Source of the DNA: Parvibaculaceae bacterium
GTDB lineage: Bacteria; Pseudomonadota; Alphaproteobacteria; Parvibaculales; Parvibaculaceae
NCBI GenBank assembly: GCA_965276845.1
Contig: OZ255699.1
Location: 94,687-158,686 of the forward strand
Direction of reading: 5' to 3'
Length of the DNA: 64,000 nt
Numbering within the stretch: position 1 is the stretch's first letter; each line of letters starts with the position of its first letter. Made by a program: the position numbers and the translations under genes. Below the pieces are notes generated by a model. It had not been told where the DNA came from, did no database searches, and worked only from the letters and a program-made list of their open reading frames with translations. This document shows positions 1-9,481 of the stretch, piece by piece.

Positions 1-1320
1 GAACTGGAAAAGGCCGGCGTCAGCATCATCTCCACCCACTTCACCTGGCACGAGAGTGCGGTGCCGACAATCGCGACCATGGTGCCGCGTGCGGCCTTCA
101 CCAGCGTCACCGGGCGTCTGCGTAAGGAGGTAAATGTTCCCTGCATCACGTCCAACCGCATCAACATGCCGGACGTGGCAGAGAAGGTGCTTGTCGACGG
201 CGAAGCGGACATTGTCTCCATGGCTCGGCCCATGCTGGCGGACGCGGAGCTGGTAAAGAAAGCAGCTGAAGGTAGGGAAGATGAAATCAACACCTGTATA
301 GGGTGCAACCAGGCCTGTCTCGATCACACTTTCGGCGGCAACCAGGAAGTGTCCTGCCTGGTGAACCCTCGAGCCTGCCACGAAACCCTTCTGAAATATG
401 AGCCAACGAAAACGCAGAAGAATATAGCGATTGTTGGTGCGGGCCCTGCGGGTCTGGGCTACGCAACAGTCGCGGCTGAACGCGGCCATAAAGTGACACT
501 CTATGATGCTGCTTCGGAAATCGGCGGCCAGTTCAACCTGGCGAAGCGGATCCCCGGCAAAGAAGAGTTTTATGAGACCCTTCGCTACTACGGCAAGATG
601 ATCGAGGTTCATGACATTGACCTGCGTCTCAACACGCGTGTGTCAGCAGGCATGCTGCAAAACGAAGGTTATGATGAGGTTGTAGTGGCGACCGGCATTG
701 AGCCACGCATACCCGATGTGGAAGGCATTGATCACGCGAAGGTGGTGCGCTACATCGATGTCATCACCGGCAAGGCGAAGGTCGGGAAAAAAGTTGCGAT
801 CATGGGCGCAGGCGGCATCGGGTTCGACGTCGCGGAACTCATTACTCATGAAGGGAAGTCGTCTGCCCTCGACAAAGACCTGTTTGCAAAAGAGTGGGGG
901 GTGGATTTCGAAAACCATCCGCGCGGTGGTGTGACAGGGGTCGAGCCAGTGATCACCAAGGCCGACCGCGAGGTGACGCTGCTTCAGCGCAAAACCTCCT
1001 CTGTCGGCAAAGGTTTGGGAAAAACCACGGGCTGGACGCACCGCCTGACGCTTGCGCGGCGGGGCGTGAAGATGATGAACGGTGTCGAATATCTGCGCAT
1101 CGATGATGAGGGTCTCCATGTCCTCATTCATAATGAGCCACAGACCCTGGATGTGGACACGATCATTGTCTGCGCTGGGCAGGAGCCTTTGCGGACGCTC
1201 TACGATGAGTTGGACGCAACCGGCGCGAAGGTCAGTCTGGTCGGTGGGGCATACGAAGCAATGGAGCTCGACGCCAAGCGCGCGATCAATCAGGCAAGCT
1301 ATCTCGCAGCGGCTGTGTGA
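1..1320 (+). CDS. fadH: 2,4-dienoyl-CoA reductase (NADPH), C-terminal two-thirds; 5' end lies outside the window
   Basis: Frame 1 is open from base 1 (ELEKAGVSIISTHFTWHES...) into ORF 61..1320. It has the Cys cluster CIGCNQAC typical of the OYE-type FadH Fe-S site, followed by two GxGxxG folds (VGAGPAGLG, MGAGGIGFD). Confidence 0.85.
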   Translation, partial: ELEKAGVSIISTHFTWHESAVPTIATMVPRAAFTSVTGRLRKEVNVPCITSNRINMPDVAEKVLVDGEADIVSMARPMLADAELVKKAAEGREDEINTCIGCNQACLDHTFGGNQEVSCLVNPRACHETLLKYEPTKTQKNIAIVGAGPAGLGYATVAAERGHKVTLYDAASEIGGQFNLAKRIPGKEEFYETLRYYGKMIEVHDIDLRLNTRVSAGMLQNEGYDEVVVATGIEPRIPDVEGIDHAKVVRYIDVITGKAKVGKKVAIMGAGGIGFDVAELITHEGKSSALDKDLFAKEWGVDFENHPRGGVTGVEPVITKADREVTLLQRKTSSVGKGLGKTTGWTHRLTLARRGVKMMNGVEYLRIDDEGLHVLIHNEPQTLDVDTIIVCAGQEPLRTLYDELDATGAKVSLVGGAYEAMELDAKRAINQASYLAAAV

Positions 1321-1412
1321 CCACGTCGATACCTGGTGCAGGGTGCTTGCGACCGGGCCCGGAACCATGGGAGGTTTAAGTCCTTGGGGTTTGATTGGTC
1401 GGAGAGCGTCTC

Positions 1413-3185
1413 ATGCCGGTTTTTGAGCCGACATCCATCGAAATTCTCTTTTGGGAAGCGCTGGCGCTGATCGTTGCGGCTTGCGTCTTTGCACCCCTTT
1501 TTCGAGCCCTGCAGCTGGGCACCATTCTGGGCTATTTGGCGGCGGGCCTGGTGGTTCAGGTCACGCTCACCTTGAGCTTTTCCGCCCACCCGGAGGACCT
1601 CCTGCATTTCGCCGAGTTTGGCGTCGTCTTATTCCTCTTTGTCATCGGTCTGGAGCTCAAACCCTCGACCTTGTGGGAGATGCGCAAGGACATTTTCGGC
1701 CTGGGTCTTTTTCAGATGTTGGGCTGTGGTTTTGTTTTGGCAATCCCGGCGCTAATGCTGGGCTTCTCGCTCCCTGTTGCGACGACGATTGGGCTGGGGC
1801 TGGCGCTGTCTTCTACTGCGCTGGTGATGCAGATGCTGGAAGAGCGGGGTGATCGCGCGGCACCTTATGGACGGAAAAGCTTTGCGATCCTTCTGTTTCA
1901 GGACCTGGCGATTGTGCCACTTCTCTTGCTGGTCGCAATCCTGGCGCCCGCGAGCGCGGAGCTGGGCTTACCGGAAAGCCTGACCCGCCTCGCATTCGCG
2001 ATCGCCGCGATCGCCGCACTCGTCCTGGCCGGGCGATACCTGCTCAATCCGATGTTTCGCTTGCTTGCCCAGACGGGCATGCCGGAAATCATGACAGCGG
2101 GTGCTTTAGGCGTTGTGATCACCGCGGCGCTGCTTATGGACCTGGTGGGCATGTCCTACGCCATGGGTGCGTTCATTGCAGGTGTCATGCTCGCGGAATC
2201 CGAATACCGCCATGAAATAGAAGCGGACATCGAACCCTTCAGAGGCCTGTTCCTGGGCCTTTTCTTTGTTGCGGTTGGACTGTCCCTGGATCTGGGGGCG
2301 GTGGCAGCCAATCTCCTGATTATCTTCGCTGCCGTACCGCTCACAATGTCGGCAAAGGCACTGGTGATTTACGTCCTGACACGTCGGTCCGGAAGCGATC
2401 ATGCTACATCGATCAAGACAGCTTTTGCGCTGTCACAGCATGGCGAATTCGGATTTGTTCTTTTCGCCGCCGCTTCAACAGCAGGCCTGTTTTCAGAAGA
2501 ACTCGCGTCTACGCTCATCGCGATCGTCACCGTGTCCATGGCCGCCTCCCCTCTCTTTGAGGTGTTCGCGCGCTTCTTCCTTCAAGAGACACCTGAAGAC
2601 GAGATGGAGGAGGATTACTCAACCGCGGGGTCCAACGTGTTGATGATCGGGTTTGGTCGATTTGGTCAGATTGTAGCGCAGCCGCTCTTTGGGCAAGGTT
2701 GTCATGTGACGATCCTCGATGCGGACGTTCACCGGGTAAATGAGGCAAAGAAGTTCGGCTTTGCGGTACATTTTGGTGATGGCACACGGCGCGACGTGTT
2801 GCGGGCCGCCGGTGCTGACAAAGCCGACATTATCCTGATTTGTGTCGACGATGTGGATGCGGCCAATCAGATCGTCAGTCTGGTGCAGTCGGGATTTCCA
2901 ACTGCCAAGCTGTTCGTTCGTTCCTGGGACAGGGCTCATTCAATCGAACTGCGGCGGAACAATGTTGAATTTGTCGTCCGCGAGACGTTTGAGTCGGCAC
3001 TGCGTATGGGATCTTTCGCCCTTCAGGCTTTGGGGACGACGAAGTCTGGCGCCGAGGACGTGATTGCGGACATCCGGAGTCGAGATCGGGCCCGTCTCTT
3101 GGAGCAGATCGAAGGGGACATGACGTCTGGTATGGACCGTCTCCACGTCAAAGCGGTCAAGCCAGAGCCTCTCGCCCGAAAATAA
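1413..3185 (+). CDS. kefB: CPA2 monovalent cation:proton antiporter / glutathione-gated K+ efflux protein with C-terminal TrkA-N (RCK) domain
   Basis: The ~380 aa polytopic N-terminal part resembles the Na+/H+ exchanger family. It is followed by a Rossmann-type RCK domain (VLMIGFGRFGQIVA). ATG 1413 has GGAGAG 6 nt upstream; the alternative TTG start is at 1395. Confidence 0.8.
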   Translation: MPVFEPTSIEILFWEALALIVAACVFAPLFRALQLGTILGYLAAGLVVQVTLTLSFSAHPEDLLHFAEFGVVLFLFVIGLELKPSTLWEMRKDIFGLGLFQMLGCGFVLAIPALMLGFSLPVATTIGLGLALSSTALVMQMLEERGDRAAPYGRKSFAILLFQDLAIVPLLLLVAILAPASAELGLPESLTRLAFAIAAIAALVLAGRYLLNPMFRLLAQTGMPEIMTAGALGVVITAALLMDLVGMSYAMGAFIAGVMLAESEYRHEIEADIEPFRGLFLGLFFVAVGLSLDLGAVAANLLIIFAAVPLTMSAKALVIYVLTRRSGSDHATSIKTAFALSQHGEFGFVLFAAASTAGLFSEELASTLIAIVTVSMAASPLFEVFARFFLQETPEDEMEEDYSTAGSNVLMIGFGRFGQIVAQPLFGQGCHVTILDADVHRVNEAKKFGFAVHFGDGTRRDVLRAAGADKADIILICVDDVDAANQIVSLVQSGFPTAKLFVRSWDRAHSIELRRNNVEFVVRETFESALRMGSFALQALGTTKSGAEDVIADIRSRDRARLLEQIEGDMTSGMDRLHVKAVKPEPLARK

Positions 3186-3200
3186 TAAGTGAAAGCAAAA

Positions 3201-3220
3201 GGCGCCGCATAAGCGACGCC
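3201..3220 (+). terminator. Weak candidate hairpin after the kefB-like gene (GGCGCCGC-ATAA-GCGACGCC, one mismatch); no U-tract
   Basis: An inverted repeat is visible in the 48-nt gap between the kefB-like stop and the acylase start. It is followed by an A-run, not a T-run. Confidence 0.25.
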
Positions 3221-3233
3221 TGGGAGAAAAAAA

Positions 3234-5402
3234 ATGCGCATTGCGTTGGTCACAATCGGAAGTCTGTTTTCCATCCTTGTCCTGGCCGTTGTGGGTGTTG
3301 TGCTTGCACGAGCGGCGGCGGAGGCGCCGGCTCCTGTCGACCCGGCGCCTTTGATCGCGAAGGCGGACGAATACGAGGTCACGATCCATCGCGATGGGTT
3401 TGGCATTCCGCATATCTACGGCGAAACAGATCCGGATGTTGCCTTTGGGCTGGCTTTTGCCCATGCCGAGGATGATTTCGCGACCATTCAGGAAGTAGCG
3501 ATTGCAACGCGCGGTCAGCTTGGGGCAATTCGGGGCATTGATGCGGCGGTTGCCGACTATCTCGTGCACCTTCTCCGCGTTTGGGACGCGGTGGACGAGA
3601 AATACGAGAGTCACGTATCGCCGCAAGCCCGGGCGCTGGCGGAGGCTTATGCGGATGGCGTGAATTTTTACGCGGCCCTCAATCCCGATATTGTCGAGCC
3701 GGGTTTGCTACCGATGACGGGCAAGGATGTCGTGGCGGGTTTTACCTTCAAGGCGCCCTTCTTCTACGGCATGCAGAATCACATTCTGGAACTGTTTGAA
3801 CCGGATAGAAAGCGGGAGATCTCGCTCGGGCCTGAGAATGCCTTTCTGCTAACTGACCAAGCATTCTCGCATGCGGGGTCGAATGGATTTGCGGTCGCGC
3901 CATCGCGATCCGCCGACGGCAAGACGCGGCTCCTCGTTAATTCCCATCAACCCTATAAAGGGCCGGTGGCCTGGTATGAAGCGCGGCTCAAGAGCGAAGA
4001 AGGCTGGGATGCGGTCGGCGGCGTCTTTCCCGGGTCTCCGCTCATGTTGCATGGTCACAATCGGCGGCTGGGCTGGGCATCGACGGTGAACAAACCGGAT
4101 CTTGTCGACACCTATGTCCTCACAGTGAACCCTGAAAACCCGGATCAATATTTGCTGGATGGGGAATGGCGCGACTTCGAAAAAAGCAGCGTCGACCTCA
4201 AAGTGCGGCTCTGGGGTCCGTTCTGGTGGACCGTCTCTCGCGACGTGGAATATTCCGAGCATGGGCCCGTCATCCGACAGGATCACGGCACCTACGCTGT
4301 GAGATTTGCCGGCATGGGTGAAGTCGGCAACATTGATCAGCGTCTCGCGATGAATAAAGCAAGTTCTCTTGATGAGTGGTTGGCGGCCATGGCCATGCAG
4401 GCTCTGCCGTCTATCAACTATGTTTATGCCGATGCTGATGGAAACATCGCGCTTCTCTATAACGGGCAGATGCCGAAACGCCCAGAAGGATTTGACTGGA
4501 GTGAATATCTGCCTGGCGACCGGTCCGAGCTGATCTGGCAAGAATATCTGCCGTTTGATCAGGTGCCCCTTCTGCTCAATCCCAAAGCTGGCTTCATCAC
4601 TGAGGCTAACAGCACGCCCTTCAAGGCGACCGCGCCTGAGGATGATTTGAAGCAGGAGGATTTCTCCGACACGCTGGGCATTGAAACTCAGATGACGAAC
4701 CGTGCCTTCCGCGCCCTCGAGCTGCTCGGCTCAGATCCGTCGATCACCGCGGAAGAGTTTCGGGCCTACAAATATGATCATGCCTATTCAAGCCAGTCCG
4801 AGCTCGCTGAAATGATCGCCGAAGTCCTCGCTGTCGACGCGGGCACAGATGAGGACCTGAAAACGGCCCAGACAATTCTGAAAGACTGGGACCTAAAGAC
4901 AGACTATGCAAGCCGCGGCGCAGCGTTGGGTGTGTTGATGGGGGAACCGGTGGTTCGCGCTCGTCTCAGCGACAAGGAGCCGCCAACGCCCATGGAAAGC
5001 CTGCAAGATGCGATTGCGCACCTAAAAGAACACTTCGGACGTCTTGATCCACTCTGGGGTGAAGTCAATCGGATCGTGCGAGGTAAGGTCGATATGCCGA
5101 TCCAGGGCGGACCGGATATCCTGCGCGCTGTCTATGGCCGAAAGTCGGAGGATGACGGGCGCCTTGGTGCAGAAGGTGGCGACACATACATCATGTTTGT
5201 GGAATGGGACGCAGACGGGAACGTTTCGTCTGAGAGCATCCACCAATTTGGGTCTGCAACGATCGACGAAACATCGCAGCACTTTGCGGATCAGGTGCCC
5301 ATCTTCGCAGGCGAGGAGACCACGCCGGTTCTACTCGATTGGGAAAAGTTTGAACCGACCATCGCCGAGAGTTACAGGCCGGGGGAGCGGCAGGGAGGAT
5401 AA
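3234..5402 (+). CDS. Penicillin acylase family (Ntn-hydrolase S45) protein, possible acyl-homoserine-lactone acylase
   Basis: 722 aa with an N-terminal signal/anchor (IALVTIGSLFSILVLAVVGVVLA). It has the internal autoprocessing-type nucleophile context HAGSNGFAV and the overall alpha-spacer-beta length typical of PvdQ/QuiP-like acylases. Confidence 0.8.
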   Translation: MRIALVTIGSLFSILVLAVVGVVLARAAAEAPAPVDPAPLIAKADEYEVTIHRDGFGIPHIYGETDPDVAFGLAFAHAEDDFATIQEVAIATRGQLGAIRGIDAAVADYLVHLLRVWDAVDEKYESHVSPQARALAEAYADGVNFYAALNPDIVEPGLLPMTGKDVVAGFTFKAPFFYGMQNHILELFEPDRKREISLGPENAFLLTDQAFSHAGSNGFAVAPSRSADGKTRLLVNSHQPYKGPVAWYEARLKSEEGWDAVGGVFPGSPLMLHGHNRRLGWASTVNKPDLVDTYVLTVNPENPDQYLLDGEWRDFEKSSVDLKVRLWGPFWWTVSRDVEYSEHGPVIRQDHGTYAVRFAGMGEVGNIDQRLAMNKASSLDEWLAAMAMQALPSINYVYADADGNIALLYNGQMPKRPEGFDWSEYLPGDRSELIWQEYLPFDQVPLLLNPKAGFITEANSTPFKATAPEDDLKQEDFSDTLGIETQMTNRAFRALELLGSDPSITAEEFRAYKYDHAYSSQSELAEMIAEVLAVDAGTDEDLKTAQTILKDWDLKTDYASRGAALGVLMGEPVVRARLSDKEPPTPMESLQDAIAHLKEHFGRLDPLWGEVNRIVRGKVDMPIQGGPDILRAVYGRKSEDDGRLGAEGGDTYIMFVEWDADGNVSSESIHQFGSATIDETSQHFADQVPIFAGEETTPVLLDWEKFEPTIAESYRPGERQGG

Positions 5403-5405
5403 GAC

Positions 5406-5771
5406 ATGCCTGGTATTGAAACCGTCAATATGATCGGTGCCCTCGTCACCATGGCGATGGGTGGTCTGGGCCTCCTGACACCCAATCTGGCTGCAAAGCT
5501 TGTCCGGCTCGGGCCCACAAATCCTGAAGGATTTGCGGAGTTTCGAGCCACCTATGGTGGGCTATTCGTTGCATTGGGGCTGGCCCCTCTCATATGGCCT
5601 GAACCGGGCTTGTTCCTCGTCGCGGGGCTGGCGTGGCTTGGCGCCGCAGTCGGGCGCATCGTGTCGATGATGGCGGATGGCGCGCATTTCAAGTTCAACA
5701 GTCTCAGTGTCCTCTTTGAATGTGCGTGCGCGGGATTGCTTTTGTTTGGCAATCCCTATCTCTTTGCCTGA
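5406..5771 (+). CDS. Small 4-TM integral membrane protein (DUF4345-like), unknown function
   Basis: 121 aa, four hydrophobic segments, start 3 nt after the acylase stop. It loosely resembles the second small membrane ORF at 29041..29478. Confidence 0.5.
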   Translation: MPGIETVNMIGALVTMAMGGLGLLTPNLAAKLVRLGPTNPEGFAEFRATYGGLFVALGLAPLIWPEPGLFLVAGLAWLGAAVGRIVSMMADGAHFKFNSLSVLFECACAGLLLFGNPYLFA

Positions 5772-5794
5772 CATTTGCGCGCAAATCTGATTGA

Positions 5795-6445
5795 GTGCGG
5801 CGCATGACCGATGCGTTCCGCCCAACCGATCACTTCTCTGCTGAGTTCGACAGCCTGTTGGCCTGGCGTCGAGACGTGCGCAGGTTCAAGACCGAGCCAT
5901 TGGCACCCGGTCTTCTTGAGGACTTGATCGATCGCGCATGTCTGGCGCCGAGTGTGGGAAACGCGCAGCCCTGGCGGTTCATCTCCGTCGAGAGTTCTGA
6001 TGCCCGCGATATGGTTATACGGAACTTCGAAAAAGAAAACGCCGACGCGGCAAAACTCTATAGGGACGAGCAAGCGCGGCTTTATGCGGAGTTGAAACTG
6101 GCCGGATTGAAAGAGGCGCCCGTTCATCTCGCCGTGTTCTCCGACAATGACACAGAGCGTGGCGCCGGTCTCGGACGGCAAACCATGCCGGAGACGCTGG
6201 TCTATTCGACGGTGTGTGCCATTCACACATTATGGCTCGCCGCCAGATCCAGAGGTGTGGGGGTGGGTTGGGTGTCGATCCTGGACCCAAAAGTGATCAC
6301 GCGCACATTAAACTTGGCCCCGAATTGGCAGTTCGTTGGCTATCTCTGTATCGGCTATCCCATTGAAAATCATGACGATCCTGAGCTCGTCCGCCATGGG
6401 TGGCAGGAGCGCATAGATCGATCGAAGGTGTTCTTCCGCCGCTAG
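5795..6445 (+). CDS. bluB: 5,6-dimethylbenzimidazole synthase (nitroreductase fold)
   Basis: 216 aa nitroreductase-family sequence with the RRDVRRFK motif and the conserved GVGWVSI segment. It sits directly beside the cobalamin lower-ligand genes. Confidence 0.85.
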   Translation: MRRMTDAFRPTDHFSAEFDSLLAWRRDVRRFKTEPLAPGLLEDLIDRACLAPSVGNAQPWRFISVESSDARDMVIRNFEKENADAAKLYRDEQARLYAELKLAGLKEAPVHLAVFSDNDTERGAGLGRQTMPETLVYSTVCAIHTLWLAARSRGVGVGWVSILDPKVITRTLNLAPNWQFVGYLCIGYPIENHDDPELVRHGWQERIDRSKVFFRR

Positions 6446-6496
6446 AGTGGCCTCAGCCATCTTGCCGCCCACAGGTCAATGCGCTACACCCACCCG

Positions 6497-6667
6497 CAAT
6501 GGTGCCCCGTACCAGGGGGTAAAAGGGAATCCGGTGAAAGACCGGAACTGTACCCGCAACTGTAAGTGGGAAGTTGTCCGCCACCTGTAAAAGTCACTGA
6601 AGCGCGCTCGGCGCTTTGGGAAGACCGGCAGACAGCGTCGATCCACAAGTCAGGAAACCTGCCATTG
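6497..6667 (+). promoter_or_regulatory. Cobalamin (AdoCbl) riboswitch
   Basis: P1 pairing of CAATGG (6497-6502) with CCATTG (6662-6667). The conserved core is AAAAGGGAAUCCGGUGAAAGACCGG...CCCGCAACUGUAA. The B12 box AGUCAGGAAACCUGCC is at 6648-6663. It lies upstream of a TonB-dependent receptor. Confidence 0.9.
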
Positions 6668-6785
6668 CGTCGTCCGTCCCCGGACCGGGTTATGTCCATG
6701 GGAGCGGTTCTCGCAGTGACGACAATGTTTGGACGAAGGACGGTTGATCCCGTGCGTCCCACACATTGTTGTGGTGCGCGGATCT

Positions 6786-6812
6786 AATGTCCTTCTTGAG
6801 AAAGGGGACATT
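6786..6812 (+). promoter_or_regulatory. Hairpin overlapping the btuB ribosome-binding site (candidate expression platform)
   Basis: AATGTCC (6786-6792) is complementary to GGACATT (6806-6812). The loop and 3' arm contain the purine-rich GAAAGGGGA just upstream of ATG 6816. Confidence 0.45.
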
Positions 6813-6815
6813 GAC

Positions 6816-8621
6816 ATGCCATTGCTAAAGAAACTTCTACTTACAACGGCGCCGGTTTGGGCCGTTGCGCAACCCGTTCTGGCGGCAGAGCAACCGCCAG
6901 AGATCGTCGTAACGGCTACGCGAACAGAGATCGCAACGTCGCAGGTCGGCAGCTCTATTTCGGTACTGACGGCGGAACAGATCGAAGAACGTCAATATGC
7001 GTTCACCGTTGATGCCTTACGCGCCATGCCGGGGCTGACGATCATTCAGAACGGCCCGTTTGGTGGACAGGCGGAGGTGAGTATCCGTGGTGCGGCGCCA
7101 GGGCAAACACTTGTGTTGATCGACGGGGTCATCGCTAACGATCCCTCCAACGCAGGCGCAACATTCAATTTTGCCAACCTGGATCCGAACGACATCGAAC
7201 GTATTGAAGTACTGCGCGGTCCGCAAAGTACGCTCTACGGGTCGCAGGCCATCGGTGGTGTGGTCAACATCATCACCAAACGAGCAAAAGAACCCTTTTC
7301 TTATAGCGCGTTTGTCGAGGCTGGATCGCACAATACCATCCGTTCCGGTGGCACCGTGTCGGGCATGGAAGGCCAGACCGACTACCGCGTGTCTCTCAGC
7401 GGCATTCAGACGAATGGTATTTCGAAGGCTGACGAGAATGACGGCAACATTGAAGAAGACGGTTATAAAAACTACACGTTTGGCGCCAATGTTGGTTCCA
7501 ACCTGACAGAGGCGCTGCGGGTCGAAGGCAGCCTGCGATACTCCGATAGCCGAAGCGAGTTTGATACGGGAGGTGGTGCCGGCGGTGACGGTGATCGCGT
7601 AGCGCATACCCGCGAGCTGCAATCCTCAGTCTCGGTGCATCTCAGCACCTTTGGCGGCGCTCTGGAGAACAGTCTGACTGCCAGCTATGCCATGGTCGAT
7701 CGCGACAATGAAACAAACGGGGCCCGCTCCTTCAGCAACACTGGTTTGCGGACATCCTTTGAATATCTCGGTGAAATTGCGACGTCGGATTTTTGGAACG
7801 CGATCATCGGCCTGAAAACCGAGGATACCGAGATCCGGGGATCATCCTCCATTCGAACAGACAGCGTCTTCGGTCAGGTGCAGGTATTGCCTCTCGACAA
7901 TCTGTCGCTCATTGGCGGTGTTCGCCATGACGACCATGAAACCGCAGGCGGTGTGACGACGTTCCGTTTCACAGGCGCCTACGAACTCCCCGCAAGCGGA
8001 ACTCTCTTCCGTGCCTCCTGGGGCGAGGGGTTCAAATCGCCGACGCCCTTCCAGTTGAGCGTGACGCCCACTCTGTCGCCGGAAGAGTCTCGTGGATGGG
8101 ACGCTGGGATTGAGCAAGAGTTTCTGGACGGCGCGGCGAGCGTGCAGGTCAACTATTTCGATCAGGAAGTCGAAAACCAGATAGATTTTCTCACTGTGCC
8201 TGCTTTCCGCTATGTCAATCTAGACGCAGTTGACACGCAAGGCTGGGAGGTCATTGCAACCGCCCGGCCCGCAGATTGGATTGATGTAAGTGCGAACTTC
8301 ACGCATCAATCATCGACGGACCTGACCTCCGGGGACCAGGTGTTTCGGGTGCCGCCAAATATTGCGAGTCTTGACGTGACCACGCGTCCAATGGAAGGGC
8401 TCTCCGTTGGGGGTTCCGTAACCTGGAATGATGACGAGACCGACCGAAATGGCCTGGTACAGGACTGGTTCCGCGTTGATGTTCGCAGCGCCTATCAGTT
8501 GAATGACCAAGTGGAGCTTTTTGGGCGCGTCGATAACCTGCTGGATGAGCAATACCAGGATGTCCTGGGCTTCGGCACGTCGGGTATCGCCGGCTTCTTT
8601 GGCGTTCGGGTTAAAGGATGA
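6816..8621 (+). CDS. btuB: TonB-dependent outer-membrane cobalamin receptor
   Basis: Signal peptide MPLLKKLLLTTAPVWAVAQPVLA, plug motif EIVVTATRTE and a beta-barrel-type C-terminal part, directly downstream of the B12 riboswitch. The ORF-track start 6729 is an upstream over-extension. Confidence 0.85.
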   Translation: MPLLKKLLLTTAPVWAVAQPVLAAEQPPEIVVTATRTEIATSQVGSSISVLTAEQIEERQYAFTVDALRAMPGLTIIQNGPFGGQAEVSIRGAAPGQTLVLIDGVIANDPSNAGATFNFANLDPNDIERIEVLRGPQSTLYGSQAIGGVVNIITKRAKEPFSYSAFVEAGSHNTIRSGGTVSGMEGQTDYRVSLSGIQTNGISKADENDGNIEEDGYKNYTFGANVGSNLTEALRVEGSLRYSDSRSEFDTGGGAGGDGDRVAHTRELQSSVSVHLSTFGGALENSLTASYAMVDRDNETNGARSFSNTGLRTSFEYLGEIATSDFWNAIIGLKTEDTEIRGSSSIRTDSVFGQVQVLPLDNLSLIGGVRHDDHETAGGVTTFRFTGAYELPASGTLFRASWGEGFKSPTPFQLSVTPTLSPEESRGWDAGIEQEFLDGAASVQVNYFDQEVENQIDFLTVPAFRYVNLDAVDTQGWEVIATARPADWIDVSANFTHQSSTDLTSGDQVFRVPPNIASLDVTTRPMEGLSVGGSVTWNDDETDRNGLVQDWFRVDVRSAYQLNDQVELFGRVDNLLDEQYQDVLGFGTSGIAGFFGVRVKG

Positions 8622-9481
8622 TCAAACAGGCAATCGGATTGGGTTTGGGCCTTCTGGTCGGCGGTGTGTCCGCTGGCCAGGCGGCTGGCCCGTCGGTTGC
8701 CTCCCCATCTGTTGTCTCTTTGGATTTCTGCGCCGACCAATATGTGCTGGCGCTGGCGGATGCCGAGCAGATCGTCGGCGTGTCGCCCCATGCGGAGACT
8801 GAGTTCTCCTACCTGGCAGAGAAAGCGCGTGGTATTCCCAAAATAAGACCGACCGCAGAAGAGGTGCTCGTCTTGGAGCCCGAAGCCGTCGTGCGCTTGT
8901 GGGGCGGCGGTTATGGCGCCGCGGATACGTTGGAACGCTACGGCATACCGGTAATACAGGTCTCGCTCGCGGTGACCCTGGAAGAAACAAAGGAAAATCT
9001 GCTCCGCGTTGGCGAGGCGCTGGGACATCTGGATCGGGCAGAGGCCATCGCAGCCAATCTGGATGCACGCATCGCCGACCTACCCCCAGAAAACGAGAAT
9101 GCGCGTCCTGTTGCCCTATACGTCACGCCCTCCGGCACGACATCAGGTCGCGGCACCTTCATTCACGAGATGATGCAAACCGCGGGCGTCGACAACATGT
9201 CGGCGACACTTGGCACCTCGCCCTGGCACCCGGTGAACCTGGAAGCTTTGGCACTCAGCCCACCCGACATGATCGTCGCGGGATTTTTTGACCTACGGTC
9301 GGGCAAGTTGAGCATCTGGTCCTTGTCTCGTCATGAGTTTCTGCGCAAGCAGAGCGACCTCCGACCCGTGGCCCGCATTCCCAGCCGAGAGATCGCCTGC
9401 GCTGCCTGGTTTGTGGTGGACGCGATCGAAGAAATTGCGGCGACACGCGCATCGCTGTCGTCTGACGGCGTGGCGCAGTGA
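8618..9481 (+). CDS. btuF: Periplasmic cobalamin/siderophore-type ABC substrate-binding protein
   Basis: 287 aa with a signal peptide. ATGA overlap with the btuB stop. Cluster-8 SBP-like sequence (VVSLDFCADQYVLAL...) in a B12 operon that also holds FecCD-type permease and ATPase genes. Confidence 0.65.
   Translation: MIKQAIGLGLGLLVGGVSAGQAAGPSVASPSVVSLDFCADQYVLALADAEQIVGVSPHAETEFSYLAEKARGIPKIRPTAEEVLVLEPEAVVRLWGGGYGAADTLERYGIPVIQVSLAVTLEETKENLLRVGEALGHLDRAEAIAANLDARIADLPPENENARPVALYVTPSGTTSGRGTFIHEMMQTAGVDNMSATLGTSPWHPVNLEALALSPPDMIVAGFFDLRSGKLSIWSLSRHEFLRKQSDLRPVARIPSREIACAAWFVVDAIEEIAATRASLSSDGVAQ

Noticed and set aside
5773-5786. Perfect palindrome ATTTGCGCGCAAAT considered as a terminator between the DUF4345-like gene and bluB
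   Set aside because: It could form only a ~5-bp stem and has no U-tract. It is more likely a protein-binding site or chance, so I mention it only within a finding.
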